Positions 57,821 to 64,000 of a stretch of 64,000 nt of DNA are shown here, piece by piece (position 1 is the first letter of the stretch; every line of letters starts with the position of its first letter). The notes under the pieces were generated by a model, which saw only the letters and a list, made by a program, of their open reading frames with translations, had not been told where the DNA came from and did not search any database. Origin of the DNA: an uncultured Ectothiorhodospiraceae bacterium (GTDB lineage: Bacteria; Pseudomonadota; Gammaproteobacteria; JAABTG01). Location of the stretch: NCBI GenBank assembly GCA_937867305.1, contig CALMKJ010000025.1, forward strand, positions 12,196-76,195, given 5' to 3'. The position numbers and the translations under genes are program-made.

Positions 57821-58460
57821 AGTGAAAGACGCTCCCGGCGAGCACCCACAGGTGCCAGACGGCGTGCATGTACTTGATTCTCTCGAGCACGTAGAACACG
57901 ACGCCGACGGTGTAGGCGAGGCCGCCGGCCACGAGAAGCCAGAGCCCGCCGGCCTCGAGCCGCTCCGACAGCGGTCCGAACGACACCACGATGAGCCACC
58001 CCATCGCCAGGTACACGAGGGCCGAGAGCCAGCGAGGGCGATAGGTCCAGAACGCCTCCATCGCGATGCCAACCACGGCGAATCCCCAGACGATCCCGAA
58101 CAGCCACCAGCCGTTCGCATCGCGCAGCGTCACCAGGCAGAACGGGGTGTAGGTCCCGGCGATCAGCAGGTAGATGCTGCAGTGGTCCAGGACCTTGAAG
58201 ACGTGCTTGGCCCCGGGGTGGGGGATGCTGTGGTAGAGCGTCGACGTCGTGTAGGCGAGGATCAGGGAAACGCCGAGCACGATGGCGCTGGCGAGCTTGT
58301 GCCCGTCGTTCGCCAGGACGGCGAACACGGTGAGGATGACCAGGGCGGCGACCGCGAGCCCGACCCCGATGCCGTGGGTGGCGCCGTTCGCAATCTCTTC
58401 GCCCAGCGTGTAACCGCGCCGGATTCGCAGCGCCTGCGCCTCGGCTGCCTGACCGCTCAC
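57789..58460 (-). CDS. Hemolysin III / PAQR-family membrane protein
   Basis: [43 protein letters not shown]. Confidence 0.92.
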   Translation of the reverse strand: MSGQAAEAQALRIRRGYTLGEEIANGATHGIGVGLAVAALVILTVFAVLANDGHKLASAIVLGVSLILAYTTSTLYHSIPHPGAKHVFKVLDHCSIYLLIAGTYTPFCLVTLRDANGWWLFGIVWGFAVVGIAMEAFWTYRPRWLSALVYLAMGWLIVVSFGPLSERLEAGGLWLLVAGGLAYTVGVVFYVLERIKYMHAVWHLWVLAGSVFHFMAVLLYVIR

Positions 58461-60739
58461 GAGGGCGTACCCCCGCCGCCGTACCCATCCCGGCCGGCGG
58501 GCAGCAGGACGATGCCGCCCAGGGGCGGGACGGTGACGCTGAGGGACCAGTCACGGCCCAGCCACTGCCGGGGCTCCGCCTGGAGCCGCGTCATTCCGTT
58601 GCCCGTGTTGCTCCCGGCGTAGTATTGGGAGTCGGAGTTGAACACCTCCTCGTAGACCCCCTCGCTGGGCACGCCGATCCGGTAGCCGTGGTGCGGGATC
58701 GGTGTGAAGTTGATCACCACGACCGCGAAGTCCTCCCCGGACTTGCGCAGGAAGCTCAGTACCGACCGCTGCGCGTCGTTGCAGTCGAGCCACTCGAAGC
58801 CTTCCCATTCGAATTCGTGCGCGTGGAGCTCCGGCCGGGACTGATACAGGCGATTGAGGTCCTTCACGAGCCGCTGGACGCCCGCGTGGTATGGATACTG
58901 CAACATCCACCAGTCGAGCACGCTGGCGCTGTTCCACTCCGTGCCCTGGCCGAACTCGGTGCCCATGAAGAGCAGCTTCTTGCCGGGGTGGGTGAACATG
59001 TACGTGTAGACGAGACGCAGGTTGGCAAAGCGCTGCCACTCGTCGCCGGGCATCTTGGTGAGCATCGAGCCCTTGCCGTGCACGACCTCGTCGTGGGAGA
59101 AGGGCAGCATGAAGTTCTCGGTGAAGGCGTACAGCATGCTGAACGTCAGCATGTCGTGGTGGTACTTGCGGTAGATGGGGTCCTTCGCGAAATAGCGCAG
59201 GGTGTCGTTCATCCACCCCATGTTCCATTTCAGGTCGAAGCCGAGGCCGCCCAGGTGGACGGGACGGGTCACCTGGGGCCAGGCCGTGGACTCTTCCGCG
59301 ATCAGCAGGCACCCCGGGACCTGGGCGTGGGTGACGGTGTTCATTTCGCGCAGGAACTCGATCGCCTCGAGGTTCTCGCGGCCCCCTTGCTCGTTCGGAA
59401 CCCACTCCGAGCGCGAGTAGTCGAGGTAGAGCATCGAAGCCACGGCGTCGACCCGCAGGCCGTCGACGTGGAACTCCTCGAGCCAGAACAGGGCGCTCGA
59501 AAGCAGGAAATTCTTCACCTCGTGGCGCCCGTAATTGAAGATGAGCGTGGACCAGTCGAGGTGCTCGCCTTTGCGGGGGTCGGCGTGCTCGTAGAGCGCG
59601 GTGCCGTCGAAGCGCGCGAGGCCGTGGGCGTCCTTCGGGAAATGCGCAGGCACCCAGTCGAGGATCACGCCGATGCCGTTGCGGTGGCAGTGATCGATGA
59701 AGAAGCGGAGATCGTCGGGCGCCCCGAAGCGTGACGTGGCAGCGTAGTACCCCGTGGTCTGGTAGCCCCAGGAGAGATCGAACGGGTGTTCGGTGATGGG
59801 CAGGAGCTCGATGTAATTGAAGCCCATCTCCCGAACGTACTCGACGAGCCGGGTCGCGTACTCCCGGTAGTCGAGGAATTCCCCCTCGACGCCCCGCTGC
59901 CATGACCCCAGGTGCACCTCGTACACCGACATGGGCGCGTGTAGCCAGTCGCGGCGCGCGCGCTGCTCGAGCCACGGCCGGTCCTGCCACACATGGGCCG
60001 ATGGGCCGGCGACGACGGAGGCGGTGTTCGGGCGCAGCTCGAAGCGTTGCCCGTAGGGGTCGCTCTTCAGGAACACCTCACGGGTGACGCGGGTCCGGAT
60101 CTCGTACTTGTAGACGACGCCTGCCGCGAGGTCGGGCAGGAACAACTCCCACACGCCCTTGCCCTCGCGCAGCCGCATGGGGTGGCGCCGGCCGTCCCAC
60201 TGGTTGAAGTCACCGACGACGCTCACGCGCTCGGCGTTCGGCGCCCAGACGGCGAACAGCACCCCGGTGACGCCGTCGACCTCGTGCTCGTGGGCGCCGA
60301 GGAACCGGTAGGCGTGCCAGTGCTTGCCCTCCCCGAAGAGGTGCAGGTCGAAGTCGGAGAGTTGCGGACCGTAGGTGTAGGGGTCGTGGGCGACGTGCTC
60401 CCGGTGGTCCGTGTCGCGCCAGGCGAGGCGGTAGTGATCGGGGACGCGCTTCGCCTCGCCGCGCCACTCGAAGACGTCCGTGTCCGGTACCCGCTGCATG
60501 GGGAGCAGGCCTTCCGCGATGGTCACCTCCGCGGCGTGGGGGATGTAGGCCCGCACCAGCGCTTCACCGTTCTCCACCCGGCGCCCGAGGACACGGAAGG
60601 GGTCGTGGTGCCGGGCCTCCAGGAGGCGCGCCAGATCGTCGTCCAGGTTCGCTCCCGCCGTCTGGGGGGCCGGTGCCGCGACCGGGGTCGTCGCTCGTGC
60701 GGCAATTGCCGTGGTTTCGGATGGGTTGCTGTCGGTCAC
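58457..60739 (-). CDS. glgB: 1,4-alpha-glucan branching enzyme
   Basis: [44 protein letters not shown]. Start taken at GTG 60739. Confidence 0.96.
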   Translation of the reverse strand: MTDSNPSETTAIAARATTPVAAPAPQTAGANLDDDLARLLEARHHDPFRVLGRRVENGEALVRAYIPHAAEVTIAEGLLPMQRVPDTDVFEWRGEAKRVPDHYRLAWRDTDHREHVAHDPYTYGPQLSDFDLHLFGEGKHWHAYRFLGAHEHEVDGVTGVLFAVWAPNAERVSVVGDFNQWDGRRHPMRLREGKGVWELFLPDLAAGVVYKYEIRTRVTREVFLKSDPYGQRFELRPNTASVVAGPSAHVWQDRPWLEQRARRDWLHAPMSVYEVHLGSWQRGVEGEFLDYREYATRLVEYVREMGFNYIELLPITEHPFDLSWGYQTTGYYAATSRFGAPDDLRFFIDHCHRNGIGVILDWVPAHFPKDAHGLARFDGTALYEHADPRKGEHLDWSTLIFNYGRHEVKNFLLSSALFWLEEFHVDGLRVDAVASMLYLDYSRSEWVPNEQGGRENLEAIEFLREMNTVTHAQVPGCLLIAEESTAWPQVTRPVHLGGLGFDLKWNMGWMNDTLRYFAKDPIYRKYHHDMLTFSMLYAFTENFMLPFSHDEVVHGKGSMLTKMPGDEWQRFANLRLVYTYMFTHPGKKLLFMGTEFGQGTEWNSASVLDWWMLQYPYHAGVQRLVKDLNRLYQSRPELHAHEFEWEGFEWLDCNDAQRSVLSFLRKSGEDFAVVVINFTPIPHHGYRIGVPSEGVYEEVFNSDSQYYAGSNTGNGMTRLQAEPRQWLGRDWSLSVTVPPLGGIVLLPAGRDGYGGGGTPS

Positions 60740-60779
60740 GGGGTCTCTTTCCGCGAATGGCCCAGGGCAGCCGCAATCC

Positions 60780-62261
60780 CTACCCTGGTGGTACGGGAAG
60801 TATCGCACGGAACGCCGGGAGATGAGGTCGGGCCCCGGGCGAGGCGTCACCCAGGGAAATCGCCTGCGTCATGACCCGGTAGACCGCCGTGTTGTCCACG
60901 TAGTCCCCGGCGAACCCACGGGCGGTTGGCCCGTAGGCGTCCACTGCCCGGGCGTCGCGTGCGAGCACGAGGGCGGAGAAGCGCTCGCTGCCCAGGCCCC
61001 TGGCGAACAGGGGGACCAGGGCCCCGGTGTGCCCCCGGGAGGCGAACTGGTGGCCCGGGACGTGGCCGGGCCCCCGGTCCTCGAGGGGACGATAGCCGTG
61101 GAAGACGTCCGGGCCGGCGGGATCGTACACGCCGTTGCGGTTGTGGTCGCTGTAGGTGCCGGGTCCCCAGAGGTGCCCCGTCTCGTGGTCTCCGGTCACG
61201 ATCACGAGGTTGCGATGCCAACCGCCAGCCGGGTTGTCCGGGGCCTCGATCCAGTCCACCACGGCCTGCACGGCGGCGTCGAATTCGGCCTGCTCCTCGA
61301 TGAGACGCGGCAGGTCGTGCGCGTGGGCGGCCCAGTCGACGGCGCCTCCCTCGACGAGCAGGGCGAAGCCGCTGGCGCCGCGCTCGAGCACGCGGATCCC
61401 TGCCTGCACCAGGGTGGCCAGCGAGGGCACCCCGGGGTTGGGGGCAACGCCCGAGGGGCGGTTGGGGTCGGCGCCGCGGCGCCGGTCCGCCTGAAGGGTG
61501 GTACCGGCGCGGGCGACGCCGAGCAGCCTGGTGGGGGCCGGCACGCGGCCGCCAGCGATGGCCTCGAAGTCCTCGCGCGCCTCGACCAGGGACCACCCCT
61601 CACCGCCGGCGGTCTGCAGGGCCTGCCAGGTGGAGAATCCGCCGACGTGGTCGTAATGGCCGGGCTCCGGCTGCCGGGGCTCGCCATTGACGTCGTGCCC
61701 GGGGTGGCCTGCGCCGATCAGGACGTCGAGCCAGTCCCCCAGGATCCCTTCCCGGGCGATCGCGGGGTAGTCGTTGCGGGACATCGAATGGGCATACGCG
61801 GCCGCCGGCGTGGCGTGGGCGAAGGGCACCGAGGAGATGGCCCCCGTGGCCATGCCGAGCCGCGAAGCGTCCTCGAAGAAGGTCCTGAGCGGTCGACCGT
61901 CCGGCGACCGGTTGAGCTGTCCGTCCCGGACCTTGATGCCGCTGACCATGGCGGTCGCCGCTGCCGCGGAGTCGGTGGCGCCCCGGAGGGCCCAGCCGAA
62001 GTCCGACCACATGCGCCCGGGGTCGTAGCCCGCGGGCTGGCTGGCGGAATGGGTCTGCACGGCGACCTTGACGGGGAAGTCCTGGTAGACGGGCGGCGCT
62101 CCCCTGTAGAGGGTGGTGGCCCCCACGGCGTGAAAGCCCTGGCCGTCGCTCACCATCAGGAAGACGTTGACCGGACCATGCGCCGCCGCGGGTGCCGTGA
62201 GCCATGCCGCCAGGATCCCGGCGCCCAGGCTGCGCAGGGTGTGGTCCCGGGCTCGCGGCAT
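60780..62261 (-). CDS. phoA: Alkaline phosphatase (PhoA family), exported
   Basis: Signal peptide; [13 protein letters not shown] (catalytic Ser), [25 protein letters not shown]. Confidence 0.88.
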   Translation of the reverse strand: MPRARDHTLRSLGAGILAAWLTAPAAAHGPVNVFLMVSDGQGFHAVGATTLYRGAPPVYQDFPVKVAVQTHSASQPAGYDPGRMWSDFGWALRGATDSAAAATAMVSGIKVRDGQLNRSPDGRPLRTFFEDASRLGMATGAISSVPFAHATPAAAYAHSMSRNDYPAIAREGILGDWLDVLIGAGHPGHDVNGEPRQPEPGHYDHVGGFSTWQALQTAGGEGWSLVEAREDFEAIAGGRVPAPTRLLGVARAGTTLQADRRRGADPNRPSGVAPNPGVPSLATLVQAGIRVLERGASGFALLVEGGAVDWAAHAHDLPRLIEEQAEFDAAVQAVVDWIEAPDNPAGGWHRNLVIVTGDHETGHLWGPGTYSDHNRNGVYDPAGPDVFHGYRPLEDRGPGHVPGHQFASRGHTGALVPLFARGLGSERFSALVLARDARAVDAYGPTARGFAGDYVDNTAVYRVMTQAISLGDASPGARPHLPAFRAILPVPPG

Positions 62262-62314
62262 GGGGTCTCCGGCGGCGGGTGGTGCGTCAGGCGACCTGGG
62301 TCCAGGGCCTGTGC

Positions 62315-63124
62315 TTACCGGCAGGCCCCGAGGGACCCGGCAGCGCAGCGCCGGCGGTCGACCCAGCGGGCGCGGTCGAGGACGGCGCCCTCGAGGCGCG
62401 CGTCGCTCAGGTCCGCCTTCACCAGCACCGCGTCGCTCAGGTCCGCACCGGTGAGGTCGGCGGAGAGCAGTTGCGCCTCTTCCAGGTTGGCGTGCCGCAG
62501 CACGGCGCCGGTGAGTGTGGCCTCTTCGAGGGAGACCCGCTTGCAGTTCGCCCCCTCGAGGTTGGCGTGCGTGAGCCGGGCCCCCCGCAGACGGGCCTGG
62601 AGCAGGTTGGCCCTGGGCATCTGGGTGTCGCCGAGGTCAGCCCCGGCCGCCTCGGCCTGGTAGAGCCCTGCTCCGCGCAGGCTGGCCCCGGTCAGGTTGG
62701 CTCCCGTCAGCTTGGCCCTGTCGAGGCTCGCCCCGTCGAGGACCGCTCCCTGCAGCTGGGCACCGGAAAGGTCCGCACTGACGAAGCGTGCATCCCCGGC
62801 CTTGACGTCCCGCAGCGTCGCCCCTCGGAGCGTGGTGAGCGTCAGGTCCGCGCCGCTCAGTCGAGTGCCCGTCAGATCGGCGCCCGAGAGGTCGGTGCGC
62901 AGCAGCACCGCCCCGCGCAGGTCGAGCCCGGTGAGCTCGGCGTTCCGCTTGTCGCAGCCGGTCCAGATGACACCGGGTCCCGGGGGGCTGTCGCAGGCGG
63001 CGAGCGCCGGGCCTCCCGCAAGCAGCGGCAGTGCGAGCATCAGGAGCAGTGTGACCTGCCGGGGGGGCTGCCGGAGGGGTGAAGTCCGCCGGGGCCGTCG
63101 GGTGTCTTCGGTCGCGTCGCGCAT
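62315..63124 (-). CDS. Exported pentapeptide-repeat protein
   Basis: Signal peptide (LLLMLALPLLAGGPALA), then many A(D/N)L(S/T)G-type repeats; Cys pairs at both ends. Confidence 0.88.
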   Translation of the reverse strand: MRDATEDTRRPRRTSPLRQPPRQVTLLLMLALPLLAGGPALAACDSPPGPGVIWTGCDKRNAELTGLDLRGAVLLRTDLSGADLTGTRLSGADLTLTTLRGATLRDVKAGDARFVSADLSGAQLQGAVLDGASLDRAKLTGANLTGASLRGAGLYQAEAAGADLGDTQMPRANLLQARLRGARLTHANLEGANCKRVSLEEATLTGAVLRHANLEEAQLLSADLTGADLSDAVLVKADLSDARLEGAVLDRARWVDRRRCAAGSLGACR

Positions 63125-63244
63125 GTCGGCCCAAGCATACCGCCGGTGCCGGTCCTGCGCACGGTTCCCCGCCCTGCGGGGCGCTTGACCTGGCTGCCTC
63201 GCCACGGGTATCAAGCGGGCCGGCATCCCCGCTCTGGTCCGCCC

Positions 63245-64000
63245 ATGTCCCACGCCTTCCCTGCAGGCCTGCGCGAAGGAAGCCTGGTCCTGTACAAGTC
63301 CCGCCCGGCGCGGGTGGCAGCGCTCGCCGAGAAGATCGAGATCTCCCTCCCGGGGGGAGAGTCGCAGCGGGTGCGCCCGAAGGACGTGACCCTCCTGCAC
63401 CCCGGGCCGCTGCGCTCGCTCGCGGACCTCCAGCCCCTCGAAGGGGAGGTGGACGCCGCATGGGAGCTCCTGGCGGGCGAGACGACCCATCTCGCCGAGC
63501 TCGCCGAGCTCGTTTTCGGGGGTTACACGCCGCAGACCGCGTGGGCTGCGTGGTCCCTGGTCGGAGACGGGCTGTTGTTCTCCGGCGCCCCCGACGCCAT
63601 CGAAGCCCGCAGCCGCGAGACCGTGGAGGCCGAGCGGACGCGGCGGGAGGCCCGCCTCGCGGAGGAGCGGGCCCGGGCGGACTTCTTCGCGCGGGCTCGT
63701 TCGGGAGGGGGCAAGGAGCCCGGGGACGCCCGCTTCCTCGCCGACGTGGAGCGGCTCGCGGAGGGGCGGGCCGAGCACAGCCGCGTACTGCAGGAACTCG
63801 GCAAGGAGGAGTCGGCCGAATCGGCCCACCGGTTTCTGCTGCGCGTCGGGCACTGGGACGAGACCGTCAATCCGTACCCCCGGCGACATGCGCTATCGCT
63901 CGAGCCTCCAATCCAGGAGGCGCCCGCTCTGCCCGATGAGGCCCGGGTCGACCTGACGAGGCTCGCCGCCTACGCGATCGACGACGAGGACAGCCGGGAC
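63245..64000 (+). CDS. RNB-domain (RNase II family) exoribonuclease, 3' truncated by window edge
   Basis: Read manually: MSHAFPAGLREGSLVLYKSRPARV...VRPKDVTLLHPGP...RVDLTRLAAYAIDDEDSRD, which is the start of the RNB catalytic motif. Confidence 0.82.
   Translation, partial: MSHAFPAGLREGSLVLYKSRPARVAALAEKIEISLPGGESQRVRPKDVTLLHPGPLRSLADLQPLEGEVDAAWELLAGETTHLAELAELVFGGYTPQTAWAAWSLVGDGLLFSGAPDAIEARSRETVEAERTRREARLAEERARADFFARARSGGGKEPGDARFLADVERLAEGRAEHSRVLQELGKEESAESAHRFLLRVGHWDETVNPYPRRHALSLEPPIQEAPALPDEARVDLTRLAAYAIDDEDSRD

Noticed and set aside
62380..62950. Periodic 15-nt DNA repeats
   Set aside because: Explained by pentapeptide-repeat coding; not a CRISPR array or non-coding repeat.
1..64000. 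CRISPR arrays, tRNA/rRNA genes, IS elements, integrases, prophage or defence genes
   Set aside because: None recognised on reading either strand. tRNAscan, Infernal and CRISPR finders were not run, so small RNAs could have been missed.

Overview
GC-rich (roughly 70% by eye), gene-dense bacterial chromosome segment. The gene content suggests a Gammaproteobacterium of the Chromatiales-like sulfur-oxidiser type (inference). I saw no rRNA, tRNA, CRISPR array, integrase or transposase. The centrepiece is a self-contained ~12 kb group 1e (Hyn/Isp-type) [NiFe]-hydrogenase locus, with hypCABDFE divergent from hynD-hupH-hynS-isp1-isp2-hynL. It has a well-placed FNR-type promoter and an intrinsic terminator. 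Other content: livF (partial) and a CBS protein; a VWA lipoprotein/ECF sigma/anti-sigma/GH1 cluster with a candidate autoregulated ECF promoter; nrdJ-sthA; a three-domain QueD plus Cx14CxxC QueE; ampG; PBP1A; a PAP2-ArnT fusion; a VPLPA-CTERM-like lamin-tail protein; a DHH phosphoesterase, phosphomannomutase, HDOD and YihY proteins; a histidine kinase and REC-PAS-GGDEF-EAL pair; OmpR/EnvZ-like TCS; Hsp20; zwf-gnd; a K+ channel; a Mrp/Pha antiporter; glgB; alkaline phosphatase; a pentapeptide-repeat protein; and an RNB nuclease (partial). The most notable oddities are the triple QueD with complementary loss of catalytic motifs, two small membrane-protein ORFs not called as such by the ORF track, and several regulatory motifs. 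All family calls come from motif recognition by eye, not database searches.
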